Notes: a model not told the origin generated them from the letters alone. 55,866 bases of DNA from an uncultured Acholeplasmataceae bacterium (GCA_963541565.1 CAUTUJ010000001.1:1-55866); one strand, 5' to 3'. Shown: positions 38,443 through 48,909, numbered from the stretch's first letter. Translations and numbers: made by a program.

Positions 38443-41034
38443 ATGTTTAATTTTTTAGACGAAGAAAAAATAGAAACAGAACTTAACGACGAAAATCTAG
38501 AAGAACTTAGCCAGGACGAAGGGCAAACAGAGGACTTTGACACTAACCTTGCTGATTTTAAAGATGCCAAAGAAGAACCAGTTGAAATAGTAAGTGAAAT
38601 TAAAGACTCTTTTTTAGACTACGCTATGTCGGTTATCGTTGACCGAGCACTGCCAGATGTTAGAGATGGGCTTAAACCAGTGCAGAGAAGAATACTTTAT
38701 GCTATGAACGAACTTAACATTTTGCCTGGTTCTGCTCACAAAAAATCCGCGCGTATCGTTGGTGAAGTAATTGGTAAGTACCACCCTCACGGAGACTCAT
38801 CTGTATACGAGGCGATGGTTAGAATGGCTCAAGACTTTTCGTATCTACACCCTTTGGTTGACGGACACGGAAACTTTGGTTCAGTTGATGGTGACGGCGC
38901 TGCTGCTATGCGATACACGGAGGCCAGAATGTCTAAGGTTGCCCTTGACTTAGTGAGAGACCTTGAAAAAGAAACGGTTGACTTTACAGATAACTACGAT
39001 GGTAGTGAAAAAGAACCAAAAGTCTTGCCTGCTCGTTTTCCAAATTTACTGGTAAACGGAGTTAAAGGAATTGCCGTTGGTATGGCAACATCTATTCCTC
39101 CGCACAACATGCAAGAGATACTTGCGGGAACTATAGCCTTGATTGACAACCCTGACCTTCCACTTACTGATTTAATGAATATCATTAAAGGACCGGATTT
39201 TCCAACAGGTGGTGAAATCCTTGATTTAAACGGCTTGCATCGCGGTTATCTAACTGGACAAGGTCGTGTGGTTATTCGTTCAATTGTTGATATAAACACA
39301 ACTAAAAGCGGAAAATCTCAAATTATTATTAAAGAAATTCCTTATCTAGTAAACCGTAAATTACTAATTGAAAAAATTTCTGAACTCGTTAAAGAAAAAG
39401 TAGTTGACGGAATTGTTGGAATGGCCGATGAATCTAACCGCAAAGGCACTCGCATAGTTTTGGACTTAAGAAGAGACGTGATTCCAGAAGTTGTTTTAAA
39501 TAACTTATATAAATATAGTCAACTGCAGTCTAGTTTTGCGATTAACATGATAGCCCTTGTTAACGGAGTTCCAAAACAGCTTGGTTTAATTCCGATAATT
39601 CGCAACTTTATTGAGTTTCAAATTGAACTGTTAATTCGCAAAACCAAGTTTGAATTAAAAAAAGCAGAGGCCAGAATTCACATTCTAAAAGGGCTAATTA
39701 AGGCGCTTTCTGCAATAGACCTTTGTGTTAAACTAATCAAAGAATCTAAAACTCCAGAAATTGCTAAAACTAAATTGATTGAAAATCTAGACATTGACGA
39801 AATTCAAGCAAAAGCAATTTTAGCCTTGACCTTGCAAAGACTAACAGGTCTTGAAATTGAAAAAATTCATGAAGAGCACCAAGAATTGCTTGCGAAAATT
39901 GAGTACTACAACTTAATTTTAAGCAGTTCAGATAAACAAAAAGAAATCATTAAAGGAGAACTTTCTGAACTAATTGCTAAATACAACAAGCCACGCAAGT
40001 CCATTTTAAACTTTTCAACTTCACTAGATATTGAAAACGAAGACTTAATTCCACGCAGAGATGTAATTATTACAGTTACCGAAAATGGCTATGTTAAGCG
40101 AATAGACGCAGATCAGTATAGAGTGCAATCTAGAGGTGGAGTTGGAGCTAGTGGCATTAAAGTCAATGAAGACGATAAAGTCCAAGTGATTTTAAAAACC
40201 AACTCACATGACCAAATTCTAATCTTTACTAACTTTGGGCGTGTATATCAACTGAAAGCCTTTAAAATTCCTGAAGCCTCAAAACAAGGAAAAGGTCTAC
40301 CTTTGGTTAACTTAATTGATTTTCAAGAAAACGAACATTTTCAATGTATCACTAATTTAGCCCCAGATCTTGAAAACGGTTATTTATTTTTCTTAACTAA
40401 AGGCGGAAAAATTAAAAAGACTCCAGATAGTGAGTTTAGCCGAGTAAATGCAAATGGTAAAAAGGCCATTCAGTTGGTTGAAGGCGACGAACTACTTCAA
40501 GCCGTGCACTTTGAAGGCAATCCTTTTATTATGATTGCCACTAAACAAGGACAAGCCTTGAAATTTAAGTCAGACACTCTTCGTCCACTTGGCCGCGCGT
40601 CTCAAGGTGTGCGTTCAATTACCTTGGCAAATGATGATGAAATCATTGGTTGTTCTATCGTTAAAGACGATGAAACCGATATTTTAGTAATTTCGGAACT
40701 TGGCCTTGGTAAGCGAACTCAGGCAAAAGAATACCGCACAACTTCGCGTGTCGGAAAAGGCGTTAAGACTATGAAGATCACAGAAAAAACTGGAAGTCTA
40801 GTGGCGTTAATTGTGGCAACTGACCAACAAGACTTAATTGCGTCTACTAACCTTGGTGTGGTAATTAGAACTCCGATTGCCGAGATTTCTAGAACTTCTC
40901 GAAACACCCAAGGCGTTAAAATTATCAAACCAGCAGAAGGCTCAAAGGTCCAAACCATTACTTTAGATGAGTCTTTTCAAGAAACCAATAATACGCCTCA
41001 AAGCGAGACAGAAAGCGAGAGCATAGATGTTTGA
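38443..41034 (+). CDS. gyrA: DNA gyrase subunit A (with a ~45-aa acidic N-terminal extension)
   Basis: 863 aa with [24 protein letters not shown] and the active-site region [15 protein letters not shown] upstream. The stop is TGA. Confidence 0.98.
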   Translation: MFNFLDEEKIETELNDENLEELSQDEGQTEDFDTNLADFKDAKEEPVEIVSEIKDSFLDYAMSVIVDRALPDVRDGLKPVQRRILYAMNELNILPGSAHKKSARIVGEVIGKYHPHGDSSVYEAMVRMAQDFSYLHPLVDGHGNFGSVDGDGAAAMRYTEARMSKVALDLVRDLEKETVDFTDNYDGSEKEPKVLPARFPNLLVNGVKGIAVGMATSIPPHNMQEILAGTIALIDNPDLPLTDLMNIIKGPDFPTGGEILDLNGLHRGYLTGQGRVVIRSIVDINTTKSGKSQIIIKEIPYLVNRKLLIEKISELVKEKVVDGIVGMADESNRKGTRIVLDLRRDVIPEVVLNNLYKYSQLQSSFAINMIALVNGVPKQLGLIPIIRNFIEFQIELLIRKTKFELKKAEARIHILKGLIKALSAIDLCVKLIKESKTPEIAKTKLIENLDIDEIQAKAILALTLQRLTGLEIEKIHEEHQELLAKIEYYNLILSSSDKQKEIIKGELSELIAKYNKPRKSILNFSTSLDIENEDLIPRRDVIITVTENGYVKRIDADQYRVQSRGGVGASGIKVNEDDKVQVILKTNSHDQILIFTNFGRVYQLKAFKIPEASKQGKGLPLVNLIDFQENEHFQCITNLAPDLENGYLFFLTKGGKIKKTPDSEFSRVNANGKKAIQLVEGDELLQAVHFEGNPFIMIATKQGQALKFKSDTLRPLGRASQGVRSITLANDDEIIGCSIVKDDETDILVISELGLGKRTQAKEYRTTSRVGKGVKTMKITEKTGSLVALIVATDQQDLIASTNLGVVIRTPIAEISRTSRNTQGVKIIKPAEGSKVQTITLDESFQETNNTPQSETESESIDV

Positions 41035-42307
41035 TTTAAATTATTTACAAAAAAACTTTAAAAAAGTTCAAGCCAAGTTGGCGTTAAGGCCAAACTTTAA
41101 CAAAGAAGAGTTTGCAAATCTCCCTAAACTAATTTTAAATAAGCGACAAATTCAGGCAGAGATTGACAACTTAAGAGCCAAGAAAAATGCACTAACTGCT
41201 CAAATCCCTGAACTTAAAAAACAAAACAAAGACATTTCTTTAGTGCTCGCTGAAAGTAAAGAGTGCGGCGAAAAAATCGCCGTACTTACTAAAGACTTTG
41301 AAGGTGTATCTAAAGAACTTGAAGACTTGATTTTAAACTTGCCAAATATTCCTGACAGCGAAGTAACCTTTGGTAGAGATGAAAACGAAAATACTGTGGT
41401 TAAAACTCACTTAGAACCTACTAAGTTTGACTTTATTCCAAAAGACCACGTGGCTTTAAACGACCAACTAGGTCTATTTGACTTTGAACGCGCAGGTAAA
41501 GTTGCAGGAGCTAGATTTGTCTACGACATTGGTCTTGGCGCAAGACTAGAGCGCGCGTTAATTTCGTTTATGTTAGACCTGCATTCTAAACGCGGCTACA
41601 TTGAATGCATTCCTCCTTACTTAGTATCAAAAGATTCAATGTATGCAACTGGTAAGTTTCCTAAGTTTATGTCTGAGGCTTATCATCTTGAAGGTACTGA
41701 GCTTTACTTAAATCCAACTGCAGAAATTCCAATGATTGACATGTATAGAAACGAAATTCTGGATTTTAGTCTTTTGCCGCTTAAGTACTGTGCTTACTCA
41801 ACTGCGTTTAGACCAGAAGCAGGAGCTGCTGGTAAAGACACAAAAGGTTTAATTCGCCAGCATCAATTTCACAAAGTTGAACTAATTGCTTTCACTAAAC
41901 CTGAAGAAAGTAAAAAAGAACTTAAGAAAATGTTAAAAGAAGCCGAGTTAGTTTTGCAAAAACTAGAGTTGCCTTACCGTGTTGTTAGATTATGCTCAGG
42001 TGACTTAGGCCACTCAATGTCTTTAACTTATGACATTGAAGTTTGGTTACCTGGTCAAAACAAATATAGAGAAATCTCTTCAGTTTCAACTGCTTGCGAC
42101 TATCAAGCAAGACGCGCAAACATTCGCTTTAAACGCACTAAAGACGCAAAAACTGAGTTTGTCCATACTTTAAACGGTTCAGGTGTGGCAGTTGGTAGAT
42201 GTGCAATTGCTATAATTGAAAACTACCAACAAGCAGATGGCACGATTTTAATTCCTAAAGTATTGCAAAAATATATAGGAGCTAAAGAAATCAAACCTAT
42301 AAAATAA
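41027..42307 (+). CDS. serS: Serine--tRNA ligase
   Basis: 426-aa class II pattern ([33 protein letters not shown]). The ATG overlaps the gyrA stop by 8 nt. Confidence 0.96.
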   Translation: MFDLNYLQKNFKKVQAKLALRPNFNKEEFANLPKLILNKRQIQAEIDNLRAKKNALTAQIPELKKQNKDISLVLAESKECGEKIAVLTKDFEGVSKELEDLILNLPNIPDSEVTFGRDENENTVVKTHLEPTKFDFIPKDHVALNDQLGLFDFERAGKVAGARFVYDIGLGARLERALISFMLDLHSKRGYIECIPPYLVSKDSMYATGKFPKFMSEAYHLEGTELYLNPTAEIPMIDMYRNEILDFSLLPLKYCAYSTAFRPEAGAAGKDTKGLIRQHQFHKVELIAFTKPEESKKELKKMLKEAELVLQKLELPYRVVRLCSGDLGHSMSLTYDIEVWLPGQNKYREISSVSTACDYQARRANIRFKRTKDAKTEFVHTLNGSGVAVGRCAIAIIENYQQADGTILIPKVLQKYIGAKEIKPIK

Positions 42308-42338
42308 AAAAAGAAAGTCTATTTCAGACTTTCTTTTA
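42305..42338. terminator. Bidirectional hairpin between the convergent serS and HIT genes
   Basis: AAGAAAGTCT / AGACTTTCTT stem with a 5-nt loop. It overlaps the last codons of the HIT gene. Confidence 0.65.
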
Positions 42339-42723
42339 ATAAATGTTCAGTTTCTTTAAAATCAATAGGCTCAATTTCAAAGCGCTGTGTTTTAAACTCA
42401 AGCCCTGTATATCTAGGAATTACGTGAATGTGAAAATGCATCACCTGTTGATTGGCTAACTTCCCTGCGTTTGTATAGATATTTACACCTTTTGCGCCTA
42501 AAGCAGTTTGCATAGTTTGAGCGATTTTTTGGCTAATTTTGGTTAAGTGTACCAAAGTTTCTGAATCTACATCTAAGAAGTTACATGCATATTTCTTTGG
42601 TATTACTAGAGTGTGTCCCTTACTTAGAGGATTGATATCTAAAAAAGCCAAACACAAATCATCTTCATAAACTATGCTTGCGGGAATTTCTCTATTGATT
42701 ATTTTACTAAAAATTGTTTCCAT
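42319..42723 (-). CDS. HIT-family (histidine triad) nucleotide hydrolase
   Basis: HFHIHVIP histidine triad; 134 aa. Confidence 0.9.
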   Translation of the reverse strand: METIFSKIINREIPASIVYEDDLCLAFLDINPLSKGHTLVIPKKYACNFLDVDSETLVHLTKISQKIAQTMQTALGAKGVNIYTNAGKLANQQVMHFHIHVIPRYTGLEFKTQRFEIEPIDFKETEHLLKESLK

Positions 42724-42772
42724 TATTACCTCGCTTTTTTAAAAATTATACTAAATTCAGAAAGGAGTTGCA

Positions 42773-43861
42773 ATGAAAGACAGAGTTATAGTAGACCCGA
42801 TTTACGGCTACGTTATTTTAAAAGAAGATATTATTAAACGCTTAGTTGATACTAAGTTTTTCCAAAGGTTGCGTCGTATTTATCAAATGGGCAACTCCTA
42901 TTTTGTTTTTCCTTCCGCTGTTCACACTAGATTTTCACACTGTCTTGGAGTTTACGAACTCGCAAGACAAATTTGTCAAAAACTACCAATTTCCAAAAGA
43001 GAGCAGCTAATTTTAATGGTGTCTGCTTTACTCCACGACATTGGACACGGACCATTTTCTCATTTGTATGATAGTCTAGTTAATGGTGTTCACGAAGTAA
43101 GGGGTGCCTACATTATCGCCAACGATCCTGAGATCAGCGAGATCCTAAATGAAGTTGACAAAGAGTTTACAAAAGACGTTTGTTCAGTCTTAACAAAAGA
43201 CAAAAGATTTCCTTTACTTGAATCTATACTATCTAGTCAACTAGACATCGACAGACTTGACTACTTAAAAAGAGACGCATATTTTGCCGCAGTTAAAACC
43301 GGCGATATAGACTCAACTAAACTAATTAACAGCCTCACTGTACACGACGGTAAATTATGCTTTAAAGAAAGTGCAGTATACGCAATTGAAAATTATTTAA
43401 TTTCTCGCTATCACATGTACATGCAAGTTTATTTACATCCCAGTGTTATTGGTCGTGATTTTAATTTAATAGAGATTTTCAAAGATCTTGAAAGCATTGT
43501 AGACCCTCAACTTAAAAAAGTCCTAAAATCGCCTAATAACCCAGATTTAAATATATTTTTAAATTTAGATGATGCTTATTTTATGACTTACTTTAAGCAA
43601 CTTAGTGAAAGTAACTTACCAGCTGCAAAGTTAGCGCGCGAGTTTATATATCGTCAAAACTGGCAACCTATGGAGTTTTCAGGTCAAAAACCAACCTGTT
43701 TAGTATGGGAGCTTAAAAAACAAATTTATGATTTCCAAAAAGAACCGATTTTACTCTTAACTCAAAATAAATGCATTGTTAAACTACAAGACTACTCTGA
43801 TTTTGTTGCAAACCTAGCAAAACGCGCAAAGGTTGTAAAACAGTATACTTGGGGCAAATAA
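42773..43861 (+). CDS. HD-domain phosphohydrolase (dNTPase/SAMHD1-like family)
   Basis: RFSHCLGV ... LLHDIGHGPFSH ... DIDRLDYLKRD motifs. Confidence 0.8.
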   Translation: MKDRVIVDPIYGYVILKEDIIKRLVDTKFFQRLRRIYQMGNSYFVFPSAVHTRFSHCLGVYELARQICQKLPISKREQLILMVSALLHDIGHGPFSHLYDSLVNGVHEVRGAYIIANDPEISEILNEVDKEFTKDVCSVLTKDKRFPLLESILSSQLDIDRLDYLKRDAYFAAVKTGDIDSTKLINSLTVHDGKLCFKESAVYAIENYLISRYHMYMQVYLHPSVIGRDFNLIEIFKDLESIVDPQLKKVLKSPNNPDLNIFLNLDDAYFMTYFKQLSESNLPAAKLAREFIYRQNWQPMEFSGQKPTCLVWELKKQIYDFQKEPILLLTQNKCIVKLQDYSDFVANLAKRAKVVKQYTWGK

Positions 43862-44388
43862 TGCAAGTATTTGTAGTTGAAGGGAAAAATGACATTAAAG
43901 TTGTCAAAAGTGTTTTTCCAGACAGTATTTGTATTAAAACTAACGGGCTCGGAATTAACAAGGAAACTATTGACCAAATCAAAAGTCTTGAAAAAGACAA
44001 CGAAATAATCGTAATTACAGATCCCGACAGCGCCGGCACTAAGATTAGAAACATTATTTTAACAGAAATTCCTTCAGCAAGTTTTTTAGATTTACCTAAA
44101 GACAAATGCATTAAAAAGCATAAAGTTGGGCTTGAAAATCTTTCTAAAGCAGATTTTTTAGAAATAGTTAAAACTGGTAAATTGCTTAACAAGGCTGTTT
44201 TAAAGTGTAATAACTTTTCTTTATCAGACTTATTAGAACTAAAATTAACTGGTCCTGAAAGCAGAGAAAACAAAAATAAACTTCACTCTCTACTTGGTAT
44301 TTATCACTTTAACACAAAACAACTTTTGAATTTCTTAAATAACTCAAATTACTCAAAACAGCAGTTAAAAGAGGTTTTAAATGCATAA
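43861..44388 (+). CDS. rnmV: Ribonuclease M5 (Toprim)
   Basis: MQVFVVEGKNDIKVVKSVF ... VITDPDSAGTKIRN. ATG 43861 overlaps the preceding TAA (TAATG). The track uses the upstream TTG at 43849. Confidence 0.88.
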   Translation: MQVFVVEGKNDIKVVKSVFPDSICIKTNGLGINKETIDQIKSLEKDNEIIVITDPDSAGTKIRNIILTEIPSASFLDLPKDKCIKKHKVGLENLSKADFLEIVKTGKLLNKAVLKCNNFSLSDLLELKLTGPESRENKNKLHSLLGIYHFNTKQLLNFLNNSNYSKQQLKEVLNA

Positions 44389-45160
44389 GTTTAAGAAACA
44401 TTTTGGCCAGAACTTCTTAAATGATTTAAACATTTTAAACAAAATAGGAGCCTTAGTTAAACCTGGCTTAAATATTTTAGAAGTTGGACCAGGAGAAGGC
44501 GCGCTTACCAAAATACTGTTAAAAAAATCAAAATCCGTCTTTTCTGTAGAAATAGACAAAGAGCTGGAAGGGAAACTAACCAACTTTAAAAACCTGCATG
44601 AAAACTTTGATTTTGCCATTGCTGATTTTCTTGACTATAGCCTTACTGGGAAAAATTACGATATCGTGGTCGGCAATATTCCATACTATATATCTACAGA
44701 TATAATTTTTAAAATTATCAACAGCCAAGTTCCTGAGTTTATTTTGATGGTGCAAAAAGAATATGCAGACAGGCTAACTGCCTGTGTAGGTTCTGCAGAT
44801 TACTCAAAGTTAAGTGTTTCAGTTAAAAGTTTTTTTGAAGTTAAAAAAGTGTTTACAGTTTCCAAAAACTGCTTCTATCCGGTTCCGAAAGTAGACAGTG
44901 CAGTTGTTTGTTTTCAAACAAAACCCACGCTGGTTTCAAAAAACCATAAACAAAAATACTTTGAGTTTTTAAAAACTTGCTTCTTTTCTAAACGAAAAAC
45001 TTTATTTAATAATTTACTTAAAGCCAAAATTGAAAAACAAGATATTTTAATTGTTTTTAAAGACCTTAAAATCAATCAAAACACCAGAGCAGAAAAATTG
45101 TCTGCAATTGAGTTTCAAAACTTGTTTTTAAGGTTAATCCAAATTAAGGAGGAAATATGA
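44381..45160 (+). CDS. rsmA: 16S rRNA (adenine1518/1519-N6)-dimethyltransferase
   Basis: GQNFL and the SAM-binding VGPGEGALT motif are present. Synteny is rnmV-rsmA. Confidence 0.93.
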   Translation: MHKFKKHFGQNFLNDLNILNKIGALVKPGLNILEVGPGEGALTKILLKKSKSVFSVEIDKELEGKLTNFKNLHENFDFAIADFLDYSLTGKNYDIVVGNIPYYISTDIIFKIINSQVPEFILMVQKEYADRLTACVGSADYSKLSVSVKSFFEVKKVFTVSKNCFYPVPKVDSAVVCFQTKPTLVSKNHKQKYFEFLKTCFFSKRKTLFNNLLKAKIEKQDILIVFKDLKINQNTRAEKLSAIEFQNLFLRLIQIKEEI

Positions 45161-46053
45161 AAGCAAAGGCTTATGCGAAAATCAATCTTGATTTAAGAGT
45201 CGGCGAAGTTACGGAAAACGGTTTGCACGAAATTGTTTCTATTGTTGCGCCAATTTCTTTACATGACAATATTTGGGTTAAATTAACAAAGAAACCTACA
45301 AACCAAATAATTTCTAAAACTCCTTGGTTTAAAGTAGATAAACTTAGCCAGTTTTTGACTGATTTTCAAACAGAGTTTCAACTTACTAAAAAAGTTGCAC
45401 TTTCAATTCAAAAAAATATTCCACTTGGCGCTGGACTAGGCGGTATTAGCACTGTGCTTGCAACTCTTTTAAATTCGCTCTCTACTTTATATAAATTAGA
45501 TTTAACACTAATGCAAAAATCAGACTTTATTGAAAAATACGGACAAGACTGTGTTTACTTTTTAAATCCACAACCTGGCGTGTTGCTAAAAACTGGTTCT
45601 ACCGTTGAGTATCTAGGTAAATGTCCTTTTAAGTATGTGCATTTAAAAAACTTCAGCGAGCCTTTTGAAACTGTGCGTATGTATCAAAAGATAAAACCTT
45701 CTGAAATTGATACAGAAAAAGTAAAAGAACTAATTAAATTATTTAATGAAGGCAAAACAAATGAGTTTTGGGTTGGTGTCCAAAATGACTTTGATATGGT
45801 ATATGAACTAACCAACCCAGCGGAACAGGCTGTATATCTTGCACTTAAAAAGGCGTGTTTTAAACTGCAAACTACTGGTTCTGGTTCTTCTGTTTATACA
45901 CTTGACGGAAATTTTGAAGATAAACAAATTAAATATCCCGCAATTTCTTATTTCAAGAGATACAAATTTTTAAACTATCAAAACATCCAATTCAGCAAAC
46001 AATCGGTTTTTAAAAAAATGCTTTACTTCTTACAAAAACTTATCTTTGTCTAA
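45157..46053 (+). CDS. ispE: 4-diphosphocytidyl-2-C-methyl-D-erythritol kinase (MEP pathway)
   Basis: AKINLDLRV and the GHMP motif PLGAGLGGIS are present; 298 aa. Confidence 0.85.
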   Translation: MKAKAYAKINLDLRVGEVTENGLHEIVSIVAPISLHDNIWVKLTKKPTNQIISKTPWFKVDKLSQFLTDFQTEFQLTKKVALSIQKNIPLGAGLGGISTVLATLLNSLSTLYKLDLTLMQKSDFIEKYGQDCVYFLNPQPGVLLKTGSTVEYLGKCPFKYVHLKNFSEPFETVRMYQKIKPSEIDTEKVKELIKLFNEGKTNEFWVGVQNDFDMVYELTNPAEQAVYLALKKACFKLQTTGSGSSVYTLDGNFEDKQIKYPAISYFKRYKFLNYQNIQFSKQSVFKKMLYFLQKLIFV

Positions 46054-46255
46054 AGTTTGTCAATAAAAAATTTTACCCCTAGAAATATATTCAGTTTGAA
46101 ATGTGCCCATTTTCACAACATAGAAAATAGGCACATTTTATACAAAGTATGTACAAAAAAACAATGTAATAAGGCGAAAGGGTAAGCGGTTTAGTTTATC
46201 TTAAACACTGCTTTTAACATCAAAGCCAGCTAGAAAAAAGCGTTTTATTTGGTGT

Positions 46256-46347
46256 AAACTTTACTTAGGTTAGAAAAAGATATTTTAAGTAAAAAAAACA
46301 ATTGAAAATTTTACTTAAAAACCGTATAATTATTCTAAGTAAAGTAA
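46256..46347 (+). promoter_or_regulatory. fic promoter embedded in two concentric inverted repeats
   Basis: -35 TTGAAA (46302..46307), a 17-nt spacer, then -10 TATAAT (46325..46330). Inner IR is TTTTAAGTAAAA (46283..46294) / TTTTACTTAAAA (46309..46320). Outer IR is ACTTTACTTAG (46258..46268) / CTAAGTAAAGT (46335..46345). Both share a dyad axis at 46301/46302. Confidence 0.7.
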
Positions 46348-46371
46348 ACTTAACTTAAAAAAGGTGATATT

Positions 46372-47523
46372 ATGAAATTAGAAAACGAGAGAGCTGGTGT
46401 TTTAAAGAAAATAAAAAGTGGCTATGAATGTTTTGTTCCACATGATTTAAAACATTTAAAATTAAACATAGACGCTAAACTTCAAAGTTTAATCAATAAA
46501 GCTAACCTGCTTTTAGGCAAATTAGATGGAATTGCTACAGTTCTACCGGACATTGATTTGTTTGTTTCTATGTATGTGCAAAAAGAAGCAGTTATCAGTT
46601 CGCAAATAGAGGGAACACAAGCCTCTCTAATTGACGTTTTGCAAAAAGACAGAAAAAACGAAAAAATTAAAGAAACCGCCGAAATTGTAAATTATATCAA
46701 AGCCACCAACTACGCTTTTACTAGATTAAAAGAACTGCCGTTATGTATGCGACTAATTAAAGAAACTCACTCTATTTTGCTGTCAAATGTTCGTGGTAGC
46801 GAAAAAATGCCTGGTGAATTAAGGCGATCTCAAAACTGGATCGGCTTTGCTGGTTGTACATTAAACACAGCGAGTTTTGTACCGCCTGCTCCTGCTGAAA
46901 TGGAAAATGCTTTAAGTAATTTAGAGAAATATACACACGAAGATACCCCTATTTCTAATTTAGTTAAAATTGCACTAATTCACTATCAATTTGAAACAAT
47001 ACATCCGTTTTTAGACGGCAATGGTAGAATAGGCAGACTACTGATTATACTATTTTTAAAAGAACAAGGTTTGATTGAATATCCAGTTCTTTATTTAAGT
47101 TATTTTTTTAAAAAAAACAGAGTTAGATATTATGAACTTTTAAATAATGTGCGTATAAAAGGCAAGTTTGAAGAGTGGATTTCGTTTTTCATAAATGGAA
47201 TTTGCGAAGTATCTGCAGACGCAATTTCTTCTATTGAAAAAATTATAAAACTTAAAAAAACAGACATAGAAAAAATCAGAAAATCTGCAAAAGGTAATAC
47301 CTCAAATTTACTTTCAGTATACGATTTTCTGTTAAAGCATCCTATTTTAGCGGCCAAAGATATTTGTAATTTTTTAAATTTAAGTAAACCAACTGTCAAT
47401 AATTTACTAGAAACTTTGATGGAATTGAAAATACTTGAACTTATTGAAGATAAAAAACGATATAAACAGTATGTATATAGACAATATGTTGATATTCTTT
47501 CAGAAGGAACAACGCTTGACTAG
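46372..47523 (+). CDS. fic: Fic-family protein (probable AMPylase), class II-like with N-terminal inhibitory motif and C-terminal wHTH-like region
   Basis: Fic motif HPFLDGNGRIGR and the N-terminal SSQIEG, which matches (S/T)xxxE(G/N). AAGGTG SD upstream. Confidence 0.88.
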   Translation: MKLENERAGVLKKIKSGYECFVPHDLKHLKLNIDAKLQSLINKANLLLGKLDGIATVLPDIDLFVSMYVQKEAVISSQIEGTQASLIDVLQKDRKNEKIKETAEIVNYIKATNYAFTRLKELPLCMRLIKETHSILLSNVRGSEKMPGELRRSQNWIGFAGCTLNTASFVPPAPAEMENALSNLEKYTHEDTPISNLVKIALIHYQFETIHPFLDGNGRIGRLLIILFLKEQGLIEYPVLYLSYFFKKNRVRYYELLNNVRIKGKFEEWISFFINGICEVSADAISSIEKIIKLKKTDIEKIRKSAKGNTSNLLSVYDFLLKHPILAAKDICNFLNLSKPTVNNLLETLMELKILELIEDKKRYKQYVYRQYVDILSEGTTLD

Positions 47524-47552
47524 TAATCTGAAAGTAATTACTTAAACAAAGT

Positions 47553-47597
47553 AAAAAAATACCCCATTTCCTGAATGATAGGAAATGGGGTATTTTC
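47553..47597. terminator. Bidirectional terminator between the convergent fic and rpsD
   Basis: ATACCCCATTTCC / GGAAATGGGGTAT 13-bp stem with a 9-nt loop, flanked by A- and T-runs. Confidence 0.85.
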
Positions 47598-47628
47598 AAT
47601 TTTAAAAAGTATTTTTAAACTAAGTTAA

Positions 47629-48228
47629 TTAACGGTTGTAGAACTCAACGATCAGTTGTTCGTTAATTTCTTGCAACACTTCTTTTCTTTCAGGGAAACG
47701 TACAAAAGTTGCTGTTTTTTTATTTTCGTCTAGTTCAACAAATTCAAAACTTCTGAATTTAGCCTCAAGACTTTCTTTGACAACAAGTAAATCTTTTGAA
47801 CGTTCTTTTAAAGAAATCACTTGACCTGGTTTTAGTCGCATTGACGGAATATCTGCTTTTTTGCCATCAACCAAAATGTGCCCATGATTTACAAGTTGTC
47901 TGGCTTGTTGGCGAGTTCTAGCAAGTCCTGCTCTATAAACTAAGTTATCTAGTCTAGATTCAAGTAATTTGATGAAGTTTTCACCTAAGTTACCAGCAAG
48001 TTTTTTAGCCTCATGGAAAGTTTTGACAAATTGTTTTTCAGATACACCGTATGTAAATCTAACTTTTTGTTTTTCATTTAACTGAGAACCATAGTCAGAT
48101 ACTTTGGCGCGTCTTTTGCCGTGTTGACCTGGAGCATACGCTCTTTTTTTCAGTTCTTTGGCAGTTTCTGAAACTGAGTAGCCTAAACGACGAGATTTTT
48201 TCCAAGTTGATCCTAAGAAACGTGACAT
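47629..48228 (-). CDS. rpsD: 30S ribosomal protein S4
   Basis: [16 protein letters not shown]...; 199 aa with an S4 domain. GGAGG SD upstream. Confidence 0.97.
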   Translation of the reverse strand: MSRFLGSTWKKSRRLGYSVSETAKELKKRAYAPGQHGKRRAKVSDYGSQLNEKQKVRFTYGVSEKQFVKTFHEAKKLAGNLGENFIKLLESRLDNLVYRAGLARTRQQARQLVNHGHILVDGKKADIPSMRLKPGQVISLKERSKDLLVVKESLEAKFRSFEFVELDENKKTATFVRFPERKEVLQEINEQLIVEFYNR

Positions 48229-48380
48229 ATATTTTTACCTCCTTATAGAATAAGTTAGCAAAACGTATTTATTTAACTTTATAATCTTTAAATTGCCTCA
48301 TTTGTAAAGCAATAAACAAACTACTACATTCTAAGTTAAAGATATTTAAAACAAATAAATGCGTGCTTTAACAGTTAGTA

Positions 48381-48409
48381 AGTATACAACAGTTTAGTAT
48401 TTTTGGCAA
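48381..48409 (-). promoter_or_regulatory. rpsD promoter, implying a ~145-nt leader
   Basis: On the minus strand, TTGCCA (48409..48404), a 17-nt spacer, then TATACT (48386..48381). The long leader is consistent with S4 autoregulation, as known in Bacillus, but that structure was not verified here. Confidence 0.55.
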
Positions 48410-48542
48410 TTATCACGTATTATTTAATTTATTTGGAGTAGTTCTACATATGTTTTCTATGAATAAATTTAAGTGTTTTGTTTGAATAGAGAGTTGTTTG
48501 AAGTAAATGGTATCATTGACACGAAAGGATAGTGATATAGAT

Positions 48543-48842
48543 ATGGGCAAAACTTCAAATATTTGTGTAAAAGTTAAAGATGATGTCAAAGTATTGGCTG
48601 AGGGTGTGTTAAATAGATTAGGAATTTCAATGTCAGACGCAATTTCTGATTTTCTTAAACAAGTTATTGCGTACAATAGACTACCCTTTGATGTCAATCT
48701 TTTAAATAAACCAATTTCTATTTTGAATTTAAATGAAGATGAATTTAACTTGGAACTAAAAAAGGCAGAAAATGATTTTAAAAACGGTAAAGTATATAGC
48801 CTAGATGAAGTGAAAAAAGAGTTATTTAAAGGTTTGGACTAA
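48543..48842 (+). CDS. RelB/DinJ-family type II antitoxin (no adjacent toxin gene)
   Basis: MGKTSNICVKVKDDVKVLAEGVLNRLGISMSDAISDFLKQVIAYNRLPFDV aligns by eye with the DinJ N-terminal RHH. The start at the internal ATG 48543 fits the family better than 48507. Confidence 0.7.
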   Translation: MGKTSNICVKVKDDVKVLAEGVLNRLGISMSDAISDFLKQVIAYNRLPFDVNLLNKPISILNLNEDEFNLELKKAENDFKNGKVYSLDEVKKELFKGLD

Positions 48843-48909
48843 GGGATATAAAGCCTTAGTTTTTGTTTCTCATTTATTTTTTTTGCCAATTATTTTTTAA
48901 ATTTGTAAG

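Noticed and set aside
43779-44273. 164-aa minus-strand ORF, along with 43792..43977 and 44377..44619.
   Set aside because: They are antisense to the well-supported rnmV and rsmA genes, and their translations are low-complexity Leu/Ser-rich, typical of shadow ORFs. The same reasoning applies to the other short antisense ORFs in the track, for example 41..301, 4453..4644, 17376..17804, 21447..21971, 29130..29423, 37561..37829 and 54558..54764.
48413-48697. 94-aa minus-strand ORF overlapping the DinJ-like gene and the rpsD promoter region.
   Set aside because: The plus-strand ORF has a recognisable RelB/DinJ fold pattern. The minus-strand ORF has no SD or family resemblance.
48400-48893. Near-identical 14-mers TTTTTGGCAATTAT (48400..48413) and TTTTTGCCAATTAT (48880..48893) flanking the DinJ-like gene, considered as a possible insertion scar or target duplication.
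   Set aside because: The first is explained as the -35 (TTGCCA on the minus strand) of a good rpsD promoter. TTGCCA/TTGGCAA also recurs as a -35-like element at 50287. This is AT-rich promoter vocabulary rather than a mobile-element boundary.
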